NCBI GenBank assembly: GCA_963815095.1 | Contig: CAWFFH010000007.1 | Location: forward strand, 32,001 to 96,000 | From: Candidatus Bathyarchaeota archaeon | Lineage (GTDB): Archaea; Thermoproteota; Bathyarchaeia; Bathyarchaeales; Bathycorpusculaceae | Direction of reading: 5' to 3' | Length of the DNA stretch: 64,000 bases | Part shown: positions 10,746-20,074 of the stretch, piece by piece | Layout: each line of letters opens with the position of its first letter | Position numbering within the stretch: position 1 is the stretch's first letter | Notes under the pieces: generated by a model | The model's input: only the letters and a program-made list of their open reading frames with translations | What the model was told of the DNA's origin: nothing | The model's database searches: none | Translations under genes and position numbers: made by a program

Positions 10746-11597
10746 ATGAGAAAGGAGGAAATAACAATAAATTATAAAGAAAGACAGGAAATAATTGCTA
10801 AATCCCCCATATCTCTTGGATACCTAAAAAATTTCAATATAGGCGCAGGAACACTGCAGCTGATTAATGGCATTGCAATTCTGGCTTTGACCTTTCTTTT
10901 GACTTGGCCTAAAGGAACCGACATCTACACATTCTACCTCACATTCGCACATGTTAGCCCAACTAATCCGGCGATTTTCGCTGTGCCAAACCCCCAAGTT
11001 CTCTTCACCGTAACTCATCTAGGGTTGCTGCTTGCCGCTTTCCCACTGATCTCAGCATTCGCACATTTCATTATTGCTTTCCCGAAAAACAAAGCCTACA
11101 ACGAAAACCTCAAAAAAGGAATGAACCCCTACCGATGGTATGAATACGCCCTCTCAAGCTCGATAATGATCTGGATAATTGCAACTTTTGTTGGAATCTG
11201 GGACTTCTGGTCACTAGCAATGATGTTTGTTTTAAACGCCATGATGATAATGTTTGGTTATCTCATGGAGTTGGTGAATCAGAAAACGGAGAAAACCAAC
11301 TGGTCATCGTTTATTTTAGGATGCATATCCGGCGGTTTTCCCTGGGTGGTCCTGTTTGCCTACTTCGGAGGCGCTGTAGCCTCAAGTGCAGGCAATGTTC
11401 CAAACTTCGTTTATGTTATCTTCGTTGTATATCTGGCGCTGTTCATGAGCTTTGCAGTCAACCAAGTTCTGCAATACAAGGCTGTAGGTAAATGGAGAGA
11501 CTATCTTTATGGCGAAAGAACCTACATTGTCCTAAGTTTCATAGCGAAAACATTTCTAGTTTGGTTAGTGTTTATAGGGCTATTCAAACCCTTCTAA
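10746..11597 (+). CDS. Heliorhodopsin
   Basis: 7TM; NPYRWYEYALSSSIM (TM3 Glu counterion), KWRDYLYGERTYIVLSFIAKT (TM7 SxxxK retinal lysine). Confidence 0.92.
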   Translation: MRKEEITINYKERQEIIAKSPISLGYLKNFNIGAGTLQLINGIAILALTFLLTWPKGTDIYTFYLTFAHVSPTNPAIFAVPNPQVLFTVTHLGLLLAAFPLISAFAHFIIAFPKNKAYNENLKKGMNPYRWYEYALSSSIMIWIIATFVGIWDFWSLAMMFVLNAMMIMFGYLMELVNQKTEKTNWSSFILGCISGGFPWVVLFAYFGGAVASSAGNVPNFVYVIFVVYLALFMSFAVNQVLQYKAVGKWRDYLYGERTYIVLSFIAKTFLVWLVFIGLFKPF

Positions 11598-11681
11598 CTC
11601 CATCCTTTTTTTTAATACATTTTTTAAGCTTTGAAAAAACAAAAACAATTAAAAACCGATCTATAAAAATGTGGTGAAGGT

Positions 11682-12215
11682 ATGGTTGAAACAATAAAAT
11701 ATGAAATCATACATGAAATAGACAAAGTAGAGATACGCAAGTACCCCAAAATTATCGTAGCCAAAGTCGAAGACCCCTCATACGGGTTCAACCTGCTATA
11801 CAGGTTCATTACCGGAGAGAATAGGCAAAAAGTCAAAGTGAAAATGACAACTCCAGTTGTCTCTCAAGAAATCCAAATGACATCACCCGTCCTTTCAGAA
11901 ACAGGAACAATGGCATTTGTCATGCCAAAAGAATTCACCCTTGAAACCACCCCCGAACCCTTAGATTCACGAGTAAAAATTATTGAAATCCCAGAAAGAC
12001 TCATCGCCGCATTATGTTTTTCTGGTGGATGGTCAGAATCTCATTTTGAAAAAGAAACACAAGAACTACTAAACGAGATATCTAAAGAAAAAATCAAAAC
12101 AAAAGGAAACGTATTCACAATGCTCTATAATCCACCATTTATCCCAGGATTCTTACGAAGAAATGAAGTTGCAATCGAAGTGGAATTCACTAATAGTAAA
12201 ACAGAAAATCTGTGA
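11682..12215 (+). CDS. SOUL heme-binding protein
   Basis: EIRKYP...GFNLLYRFITGEN...MTTPV...MAFVMP...YNPPFIPGFLRRNEV. Confidence 0.9.
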   Translation: MVETIKYEIIHEIDKVEIRKYPKIIVAKVEDPSYGFNLLYRFITGENRQKVKVKMTTPVVSQEIQMTSPVLSETGTMAFVMPKEFTLETTPEPLDSRVKIIEIPERLIAALCFSGGWSESHFEKETQELLNEISKEKIKTKGNVFTMLYNPPFIPGFLRRNEVAIEVEFTNSKTENL

Positions 12216-12384
12216 CGTAGTCTCTAAGTATATTGCGCCGTTTTTTCCATCGGCAAGCGATTCCTGAGTCCTTATTTGTAAGGTCTGAGTTATAAGCTTT
12301 TTCAGACTTTTTCAAGCGCCACAATACTGACAACAATTGACGATTTGGCTATTGTTGAACACGAGCACTTCAGTTGAGGCTTAA

Positions 12385-12445
12385 GATTTTTGGATAGAGT
12401 TTAGGGATTTGACATCGACGAATACGTCTGTTACGGATTTGTTTT
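12385..12445 (-). repeat. Repeat family A (3' end of the 5177-5822 gene)
   Basis: gggatttgacatcgacgaatacgtctgttacggatttg matches 5182-5220. Confidence 0.75.
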
Positions 12446-12570
12446 GACAAAAGGCAACGTCCGCGTTTAAAAGGCACACGGCACCTGACAATATCTTCTT
12501 AAACAAACCAGTAGTAAGCTTTCGGTGGGTTATCAGAATAACGAATACATCTGTCCGGTTGGCGAAACGG

Positions 12571-12662
12571 GTCACTTACTCGAAAGAGAAGTTGCTGCTG
12601 ATGTTGCTGCAATTGCATTTGCACATCGACTGTTGCATCTTTCCAAGTTAACAAAAATTATG
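12571..12662. repeat. Repeat family B
   Basis: gtcacttactcgaaagagaagttgctg...tttgcacatcgactgttgcatct matches 25713-25800. Confidence 0.75.
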
Positions 12663-12783
12663 CAGCCCAAAACGCTTAAGTTAACCCAAATTCTTTTTTG
12701 GTACAGCTCTTAACAAAATATTTTGGAACTTTGTGCAAAACATTTATTGTTTACTTTTTTCTAAATCTATGTGAGGTATTTTA

Positions 12784-13014
12784 ATAAAAGCTGATAAATC
12801 ACTAGATTGCTTAGGTTTGTTCTGTCCCGAACCGGTCTTCAACACCAGATTGCAATTGGATGAAATGAAGGTTGGCGAAACTCTAGAAGTCACAGCCGAT
12901 GATCCAGCAGCAAAATCTGACATCGAAAACCTCGCTAAAAACTTAGGCGACCAAGTCCTAGAAAGCAAACAGGAAAACGGCGTAACTCGAATAATAATTA
13001 AAAAGTTAAAGTAG
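12784..13014 (+). CDS. tusA: TusA/SirA sulfurtransferase
   Basis: KADKSLDCLGLFCPEPV...LEVTADDPAAKSDI; the conserved N-terminus extends upstream of the track TTG to an ATT/TTA/ATA codon. Confidence 0.88.
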   Translation: MKADKSLDCLGLFCPEPVFNTRLQLDEMKVGETLEVTADDPAAKSDIENLAKNLGDQVLESKQENGVTRIIIKKLK

Positions 13015-13034
13015 TCAAACGAAGGTACCTTATT

Positions 13035-14222
13035 TTGGAAACTGATAGTTCAAGAAGAATTTACATGGATTATTCAGCTGGAAAACCAGTTGACCCACGT
13101 GTAACTGATGCTATGTTGCCTTTCTTTAATTCAAGCTTTGGGAATCCCTCCTCAGTGCATACTTTGGGACAGGAAGCCAAAGGGGCATTACAAAATAGCA
13201 GAGAAGTTGTCGCGAAATTAATCAACTCAGAAACGCCAGAAGCCATAGTTTTCACTTCCGGCGCCACAGAAAGCAACAATTTAGCCATTAGAGGCACCGC
13301 TGGCCGAAACAAAAGCCGCGGAAACAAAATCTTAACCTCAAGCGTAGAGCACATGTCAATTGTCAACCCCTGTAAGTTAATGATTCGAAATGGATTTCAA
13401 GTCATATTCCTGCCCGTTGACAAGTTTGGGGTTTTGGATTTAGAAAAGCTAGAATCTGAGTTAGATGATCAAACTGTGCTTGTTTCAATCGTTTATGCAA
13501 ACCCCGAAATAGGAACCATTGAGCCGATTAAAGAAATCAGCAAAATTGTACATGCAAAAAAGGCTTTTCTTCACATTGACGCTACTGCAGCTTGTGGTCA
13601 AGTCCCAATTGATGTCCAAGATGAAAATATTGACCTGCTGACTATGTCAAGCAACGACATGTATGGACCAAAAGGCGTAGGAGCACTCTACATCAAACCC
13701 GGCACCACCATAGAACCCGTAAATCAAGGCGGAGGCCAAGAACGCGGATTACGGTCTGGAACCGAAAACGTACCAGGCATCGTTGGGTTTGCTAAAGCTG
13801 CCGAAATCGCCAAAAACGAAATGACCAACGAAAGCCAAAGACTAACTTTGCTACGAAACAACCTAATTAAAGGTCTAATCGAACCCATACCCTATTCATA
13901 CCTAAACGGACATCCAACCCAAAGGTTACCCAACAACGTATCAGTTAGATACAGCTTCATCGAAGGCGAATCAATACTTTTAAGCTTAGACATTATGGGT
14001 GTGTACGCTTCATCAGGATCAGCTTGTGCCGCAAAAACACTACAACCCTCACACGTTCTACTTGCTTTAGGCCTACAACCTGAAGATGCACATGGCTCCT
14101 TGATGGCGACTTTGGGAAAAGAAAACACACAAGAAGACGTGGACAAATTAACAAGTATAATGCCTGATATTGTTAAGAGACTAAGAGATATGTCTCCTCT
14201 AACTCCTAAGGAGCTGAAATAG
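13035..14222 (+). CDS. iscS: Cysteine desulfurase (IscS/NifS type)
   Basis: FGNPSSVH, FTSGATESNN, GLRSGTEN, SSGSAC. Confidence 0.9.
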   Translation: METDSSRRIYMDYSAGKPVDPRVTDAMLPFFNSSFGNPSSVHTLGQEAKGALQNSREVVAKLINSETPEAIVFTSGATESNNLAIRGTAGRNKSRGNKILTSSVEHMSIVNPCKLMIRNGFQVIFLPVDKFGVLDLEKLESELDDQTVLVSIVYANPEIGTIEPIKEISKIVHAKKAFLHIDATAACGQVPIDVQDENIDLLTMSSNDMYGPKGVGALYIKPGTTIEPVNQGGGQERGLRSGTENVPGIVGFAKAAEIAKNEMTNESQRLTLLRNNLIKGLIEPIPYSYLNGHPTQRLPNNVSVRYSFIEGESILLSLDIMGVYASSGSACAAKTLQPSHVLLALGLQPEDAHGSLMATLGKENTQEDVDKLTSIMPDIVKRLRDMSPLTPKELK

Positions 14223-14223
14223 C

Positions 14224-14610
14224 ATGTATTCTGAAAAAGTGATGCAACATTTTAAAAAACCACAAAACATGGGAGAAATCCCAAATGCCGACGGAGTGGG
14301 TTCAGTCGGAAACCCCACCTGCGGAGACCTAATGACGATGTACATAAAAGTTAAAGACAACCGCATTGAAGACGTCAAATTCAAAACCTACGGATGCGGA
14401 GCAGCCATCGCCACAAGCAGCATGACAACAGAACTCGCAAAAGGAAAAACAATCGACGAAGCAATGAACATAAGTCGCGCAAGCGTCGCCGAATCACTCG
14501 GAGGCCTCCCACCAGTAAAAATGCACTGCTCAAACCTAGCAGCAGACGCACTCCACGCCGCCATCGAAGACTACCAAAAAAAACAGAAAACAAAAGAGGT
14601 GGAAAAATGA
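14224..14610 (+). CDS. iscU: Fe-S cluster scaffold IscU/NifU
   Basis: GNPTCGDLM, FKTYGCGAAIA, PVKMHCS. Confidence 0.95.
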   Translation: MYSEKVMQHFKKPQNMGEIPNADGVGSVGNPTCGDLMTMYIKVKDNRIEDVKFKTYGCGAAIATSSMTTELAKGKTIDEAMNISRASVAESLGGLPPVKMHCSNLAADALHAAIEDYQKKQKTKEVEK

Positions 14611-14762
14611 AAAAAGAAACCACCAAATGTAATTGTTGCGGCACTGAAACCACAAGCGAACCTTGCCAACTTGCAGCTTACACCACCGAAATAGACGGAA
14701 AAAAAGTTAGTTTTTGCTGCCAAAATTGTGCACCACAAGAAAAGAAGGTGATAAAAAAATGA
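14607..14762 (+). CDS. Small Cys-rich TRASH/YHS-like metal-binding protein
   Basis: MKKETTKCNCCG...IDGKKVSFCCQNC; overlaps both neighbours by ATGA; GAGGTGG upstream. Confidence 0.7.
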   Translation: MKKETTKCNCCGTETTSEPCQLAAYTTEIDGKKVSFCCQNCAPQEKKVIKK

Positions 14763-15178
14763 GTCAAACCAAAAAATTAGCATTAGTTGTTCAAAGCGGC
14801 ACAATCGATAAACTCTATTGCGCTTTCATTTTGGCATCCACATCAGTAGCCATGGGCTGGGAAGCACACTTATACTTCACATTTTGGGGATTACAAAGTC
14901 TAGCAAAAGGCGCTATGGAAAAAGCAGTGTTGCCTGGAGACTACAAACACCTAGAAGAAACAATGAGAAAGAATCTAGAACGCATGAAATATCCATCGCC
15001 CTACGATATGCTCAAACGCATTAAGCAATCAGGCTTATGTAAAATCTACGCATGCACACCAACGATGGAAATGTTTGGAATCAAAAGAGAAGACCTTGTT
15101 CCGGAAGTCGATAGTATGGTTGGCGCGGCAACCTTCCTTGATATTGCTGCAGGCGCAGACGTTTCAATGTTCATCTAA
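14759..15178 (+). CDS. DsrE/DsrF/DrsH-like sulfur carrier
   Basis: FILASTSVAMGWEAHLYFTFWGL...IYACTPTMEMFG...GAATFL. Confidence 0.88.
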   Translation: MSQTKKLALVVQSGTIDKLYCAFILASTSVAMGWEAHLYFTFWGLQSLAKGAMEKAVLPGDYKHLEETMRKNLERMKYPSPYDMLKRIKQSGLCKIYACTPTMEMFGIKREDLVPEVDSMVGAATFLDIAAGADVSMFI

Positions 15179-15542
15179 CAATCCAATCTCAAAACAAGAA
15201 CACATTGATTCAAACTACATTAAACAACTCAATTAGCTAAAACCCTTTTTCTCTTAAAAGAGATGGGCTCAGACGCCTTTGGATATGTATAGAAAAATTT
15301 CTTTCGATTCTCTACTTCCAGCTTGGAAGCAACCCAAAACCATATTTTAAATAAAATCCCAATGCAGATTCTATAGCATTTACAAACATGAACCTGCATC
15401 CAACTATCTTCGAGAACCTTAAACCTCTCAGCCAAATCGAAACTTGATCATTAAAACCCAAGACTAAACACCCAGAAAGCAACCCAAATTCATAGTGGAT
15501 GACAAAAAGCTGGAGAATTGAATAAATTAGGCGTTTTGAGAA

Positions 15543-15785
15543 TTAGACTTTCTTCTCGGGTCTTTGATGTTCAGTTTTCAAGTGGGTGGTTAATTCTTCT
15601 TTAGTATTGAATACTTTGCCGCATATTTTGCAGGCAAACTTGTTTGAGGTTGGGTTGTCCATTGGGGGAAGTGAAGAAGGTTTTTGATCGGGGGATTCAA
15701 GGGAGCCATCTGGCGGTGTTGGTGTTGTCAAATCGTCGAATGGGTCGTTTGACTTTTTTTCATAGGGAAAATCAGATTCACTCAA
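15543..15785 (-). CDS. Small C2H2 zinc-finger protein
   Basis: FACKICGKVFNTKEELTTHLKTEH after a disordered Pro/Asp-rich N-terminus. Confidence 0.8.
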   Translation of the reverse strand: MSESDFPYEKKSNDPFDDLTTPTPPDGSLESPDQKPSSLPPMDNPTSNKFACKICGKVFNTKEELTTHLKTEHQRPEKKV

Positions 15786-15921
15786 AATATTACCTTGAAT
15801 GCAAACGGGTTATTCTTCTTAAGCATTTGTGACTACCTAACAACAGCAACATAATGTACGGTCAGTTAAGCATGTCAGCGTCGTTTTATTTCTCTTTTCC
15901 GAGGGTTGAGCCCATAGGAGC

Positions 15922-15972
15922 GAGAAGTTGTTGCACCAACATTCTGCACACCGGTTGCAAAAACTAAAACTA
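15922..15972. repeat. Repeat family B, divergent copy with imperfect hairpin
   Basis: gagaagttgttgcacc...cattctgcacaccggttgcaaaaactaaaact resembles 36551-36615. Confidence 0.5.
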
Positions 15973-15996
15973 ATTCCTCAGAAAGTCTGAAACGCT

Positions 15997-16401
15997 CTAA
16001 AGGCAAGCGAGCATTTCTTCCACAGTAATTATTTTAATTCCCTCAAAAGTTTTGAGCCTCAGAAGGTGGCTGTCTCCAGTCACAATAATGTCAGCTTCTC
16101 CATCAACAGCCGTCTCGACAATCATATCATCTTTAGGATCTTCTTTGACTGCTTTGAGTTTTGATGTTACGTTTACAACATCTGCGGTTCTGATAAGAGC
16201 AAGGACAGTTCTGTGGATTTCATCTTCGCTTGTTTTAAATTTTGGGCGTCGAAGGACGGTTAAAAGTTCTTTTAGAATTAAATCTGATGTGATGATAGTA
16301 TACTGATTTGTTATGCCCCTTTTCAAGAGTTCTCTTGATTTTCCATCAGAAATTATTGCGCTTACCAAAACGTTAGTGTCAAGAACAGCTCGAAGCATCA
16401 A
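15997..16401 (-). CDS. PIN-domain toxin
   Basis: VLDTNVLVSA...DPKDDMIVETAVDGEADIIVTGDSHLL. Confidence 0.92.
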   Translation of the reverse strand: MMLRAVLDTNVLVSAIISDGKSRELLKRGITNQYTIITSDLILKELLTVLRRPKFKTSEDEIHRTVLALIRTADVVNVTSKLKAVKEDPKDDMIVETAVDGEADIIVTGDSHLLRLKTFEGIKIITVEEMLACL

Positions 16402-16406
16402 ATCAA

Positions 16407-16673
16407 CTATTTTGTTTTTCGAACGGCGGCTATTTCTTTTAATATTTCTTCATCAGATATCTTCAAATCTTTTTTATCCATCATCTTGAAGATGTCGTCC
16501 CATTCTTTCTTTAGGTCTGGGAGCTCAAGTTTCTTTAAAATAATAGTGTCGCCTCGCCCGTAGACTAGAAATTTGTTTTTCGGCTTTATTCCCAGTTCTT
16601 TGCGTATAGACTGGGGTATAACTACTTGGCCTTTTTCGCTTATTGTGGTAACTTCAGGCTCTTCGGTTGTCAT
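16407..16673 (-). CDS. AbrB/MazE/SpoVT antitoxin
   Basis: TTISEKGQVVIPQSIRKELGIK. Confidence 0.92.
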   Translation of the reverse strand: MTTEEPEVTTISEKGQVVIPQSIRKELGIKPKNKFLVYGRGDTIILKKLELPDLKKEWDDIFKMMDKKDLKISDEEILKEIAAVRKTK

Positions 16674-16792
16674 ACCTATCAGTAAGAATAGTTTACTTTC
16701 ATACTATTATGCTTTCTTGAATAACATATTTTCTGAGAGTGCCCCCTCAATTATACCCTTTAGTATAATACCTTCCAGTACCTGATTTACTG

Positions 16793-18451
16793 TTAGGATT
16801 TTTTTCTTTTTAACCCAACAATAATGAAGCTTACAGCTGCAAATGCCATGATGACAAATAATGCAATTGGCTGGATATTAAATTCGTCAGCTGCAGAAAT
16901 TGGTGTTGAAGTTGGGGTTTGGGTGGGTTGGCTTTGGGTTACTCCGTCAGTGATGGTTACTCTGTGGGTGCTGTGGGTATAGGTGAAGCCTAAATTCCAT
17001 GAATTGCCATTATCCGCAAGCGCATAACTAACAGGGTTGTTATCTAGGGTTACTTTGAGGGCGCCGCCGTTTGGCATTACAGATTTGGCTATGGTGACGT
17101 TGGTGGAGCCTGCGGTGCCGCTGGGTCCGTTGACTGTGAAGCTGAGGGTTGCATTTTCAGCATTGAAGACTACTTCGGTTACGGTGCTGTTGGTTCCAAT
17201 GTGAAAAGGGTTGCTGCTATCTGAGCCGCCGCTGTTTGGCATGTTAATACTTGGAAACGCCATGGAGTTGGGCTGTGCATCTGGGTTTGGCGCACCCAGA
17301 ATTGGATTAATGCTTACCGTGCCGTCGTTGGGTTCAAAGGTGCTATCCCAAATGCCCTTTTCGATGGTTTGGGTGTCGTTTGTTCCCCACCAGTTACTGG
17401 TTGCATCAACATTTTTGCCTGTATAGAGGTAAAAGCTATAGTTGCCATTGTTTTCCAGGTTGTTGTTTTTCACGGTCAGGGTCGGCGAATTGCCTACCAC
17501 TATGCTTTCTTGGTTGTTTCTGATTGTGTTGTCGCTGATGATGGCGTCGGATGCTACGCTGAGGGCATGTCTTGTGGTGTTAACGATTAGGTTTCTCTGT
17601 ATGGTTGTGGTGCCGCCTTGCAAAACAGAAATTCCATCCATGCAACCTGTGATGACATTGTCAGTTATCACTGCGCCTGCGCCATGCAAACTATTTGTGT
17701 AGTCCGCGGTAATGCCAACCCCGCTACCAAGCCAACTATCATATAACAAGCCAAAGAGGCTGTCCACGTCGCCGTTAAAGTTAACATACTTAAAGCCGGT
17801 GATTAGATTGTTTGTTATGGTTGCGCCGCTTATTGACAATGAGATGCCACCCTCAATGGTATTATGCGAAATTACGGGAGCACCCACTTTGTCGCCTTCG
17901 CTAATTATCATGCCTATGATGCCGTTTGAGCTAATTGTTGGGGACCCGCCACTTATGCCTATTCCGCGTTGGCTATCGGCTCCATAAATAAGATTGTTTG
18001 AAATGCTGGGCGTCCCACCAGTTATTAATACTGGTTCGAAGTTGTTTGCTGAGCCTCGCCCAATAATGGTGTTACCCTCAATTGTGGCTGAACATCCAAC
18101 GATAAGATTAGTTGGATTTAGGATTGCATTCTCAATCACGCTGCCACCGCTGCCACCAAGGGAAACGTCTCCGCCTACAAAACTGATTTTTTCAGAACTA
18201 GTGCCTTTGGCAACCAAAACGCCGTTTACCTGCAGGGTGCAGTCACTGGGAATTTGTATGGTGACGCCAGGTTCAATTGTTAGTGTTGCGCCAGATTCGA
18301 CGGTTAGGTTTCCTGTTAAGGTGTAGGGGCTGTTGGCTTTGGTCCAAGTTGTACTGGAACTAATAGTTGTGGCGCCACAAACTGCAGCAACTACAAACAA
18401 CATCGCGCAAAGTAACAACGCGATTAATACAGCGCTTAACAAGCGTTTCAA
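16793..18451 (-). CDS. Cell-surface right-handed beta-helix protein with C-terminal membrane anchor
   Basis: Signal peptide, TWTKANSPY...LTIEPGV, repeated I-x-N-N-x-I, VDATSNWWG, Pro/Thr linker, TM + KRKKS. Confidence 0.85.
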   Translation of the reverse strand: MKRLLSAVLIALLLCAMLFVVAAVCGATTISSSTTWTKANSPYTLTGNLTVESGATLTIEPGVTIQIPSDCTLQVNGVLVAKGTSSEKISFVGGDVSLGGSGGSVIENAILNPTNLIVGCSATIEGNTIIGRGSANNFEPVLITGGTPSISNNLIYGADSQRGIGISGGSPTISSNGIIGMIISEGDKVGAPVISHNTIEGGISLSISGATITNNLITGFKYVNFNGDVDSLFGLLYDSWLGSGVGITADYTNSLHGAGAVITDNVITGCMDGISVLQGGTTTIQRNLIVNTTRHALSVASDAIISDNTIRNNQESIVVGNSPTLTVKNNNLENNGNYSFYLYTGKNVDATSNWWGTNDTQTIEKGIWDSTFEPNDGTVSINPILGAPNPDAQPNSMAFPSINMPNSGGSDSSNPFHIGTNSTVTEVVFNAENATLSFTVNGPSGTAGSTNVTIAKSVMPNGGALKVTLDNNPVSYALADNGNSWNLGFTYTHSTHRVTITDGVTQSQPTQTPTSTPISAADEFNIQPIALFVIMAFAAVSFIIVGLKRKKS

Positions 18452-18600
18452 CTAATATGCCCTCCACATCTCTACATACGTACGTCAGTATATATTTGCC
18501 CATCTCTGACAGAAACAAGTCAGTCAATTTTTAGAGCGTGATCGCATAGTTTAGCATAATTATTTAATATACGTGGAACCAATAGTAGATTCGACGTAAC

Positions 18601-18813
18601 ATGACCTCTGAAGTAGAGCTCAAAGAGATTAGGAGTTTGCTGCTGAAATTAAACAAGAAAGTCGACGGCTTAAACGACTTAGTGGAAGAGCGACTAATAG
18701 GTTCTGAGGAACCAACACAAGAAGATGTTGCTGCCATAAAAGAATATGAGGCTGCTAAGAAGAATGGAAAGCTGACTTTAGTTCCTTTGGATGATTTGGC
18801 AAAAGGGATTTAG
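18601..18813 (+). CDS. Antitoxin of RelBE-like pair
   Basis: 70 aa, EEPTQEDVAAIKEY...VPLDDL, directly upstream of RelE. Confidence 0.75.
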   Translation: MTSEVELKEIRSLLLKLNKKVDGLNDLVEERLIGSEEPTQEDVAAIKEYEAAKKNGKLTLVPLDDLAKGI

Positions 18814-18816
18814 CGT

Positions 18817-19080
18817 TTGACCAAACATTCGGTTTTTGTTGAAGTTAAAGCGCAAAAGCAACTCAAGAAAGCGCCTAAGCGTGATATAGAAAGAATAATT
18901 GAAGTTCTGAATATTTTAGCGAAAGAAGGGTTGTCTGCTAGACTGGATATTAAGAAGCTTCGAGGTTATCAAGGGCATTTTCGTGTAAGGTTAGGGGATT
19001 ACAGGTTAAGATTTGAGCTGTCTTCTGATCAAACAATTGTGATTTACTCCATTTCGCAACGTGAAAAAGCATATAAATAA
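18817..19080 (+). CDS. RelE/ParE-family toxin
   Basis: DIKKLRGYQGHFRVRLGDYRL...ISQREKAY. Confidence 0.92.
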   Translation: MTKHSVFVEVKAQKQLKKAPKRDIERIIEVLNILAKEGLSARLDIKKLRGYQGHFRVRLGDYRLRFELSSDQTIVIYSISQREKAYK

Positions 19081-19087
19081 TTCATAC

Positions 19088-19143
19088 TTACGGATTTGCT
19101 TAGCAAATGTTCTATTAATCCAAGGCACCGATACAGTAGACGT
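19088..19143 (-). repeat. Repeat family A
   Basis: ttacggatttgcttagcaaatgttctattaatccaaggcaccgatacagtag matches 5209-5260. Confidence 0.75.
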
Positions 19144-19258
19144 TCGACCTTACGATTCTGTCGAGTGGAGAATTCAATTCCCATCGCGAGCTCTCCAAGG
19201 AATCGTTTAGCCGAAAGGTTTATTCGATCCACTATTCCACATAAAAGTAGGTAAAATT

Positions 19259-19912
19259 ATGAAAGGAAATATTTTGAACTTAGCAAATACTATGTCTACG
19301 TCAACTTCAGAATCACCCAAAAAAAATTCTAGAAAAACATTGATTGCAGTTGTAGTAATCGTGGTTTTAGTTGTTGCAATCGCAGCGGGAGTTTATCTCG
19401 CAACAAGCGGCAACGGCAACACTAACCCTTCAACATCGCCAACCCCCACTGCAACATCTAATCCTAATCCTAGTGCAACAGCAAATCCTACAACTAGCGG
19501 TGTCGGTGCAAATGTTGAGGGAGCAAGCAGTCTGCAGTTCACAGTAAGCGTTACAAATAGTTCAGGTGGATTGATAGGATCATACACCTACTATGTAAAG
19601 AATGCAGGGACATCCACTCAAATGGTGCGAATAGACTTTACAGATCCTTCTAGTGGAGATTTTGTCTACATTGTAAATAGCGCAACTCAACAGGTACTGA
19701 TTAAATCTGATGGACAATGGACTGATCTTTCAAGCACTTATGCAAGCCAATATGACACTTGGAACTCTGCTTTCTTAGGCTACAAAAACAGCCTTTCAAG
19801 CTGGGCAGGGACCGGGGACTGGACATATACCGATCCAGCTGGAGACACAGTCAAAATCACAAACATAAGCGTAAATCCAGCACTATCCGATTCCCTATTC
19901 CAACAAAGTTAA
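19259..19912 (+). CDS. Membrane-anchored extracellular hypothetical protein
   Basis: N-terminal TM, Pro/Thr linker, ends NPALSDSLF (LolA/DUF4412-like terminus). Confidence 0.75.
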   Translation: MKGNILNLANTMSTSTSESPKKNSRKTLIAVVVIVVLVVAIAAGVYLATSGNGNTNPSTSPTPTATSNPNPSATANPTTSGVGANVEGASSLQFTVSVTNSSGGLIGSYTYYVKNAGTSTQMVRIDFTDPSSGDFVYIVNSATQQVLIKSDGQWTDLSSTYASQYDTWNSAFLGYKNSLSSWAGTGDWTYTDPAGDTVKITNISVNPALSDSLFQQS

Positions 19913-20074
19913 ACTCTGCTGAAAAAAACAAAAATATCTCAACATTTTTTTTTAATAAATGAAAAAAGGTTAATGCTTCAAGAGATGGAGCTGTTGCAAC
20001 AGTATGTACAGGTTTTAGTGTTTGCATCTTCTTTTAAAAAAATAGAAAGGCAACTTCATCACAAAAGTTGTTTT

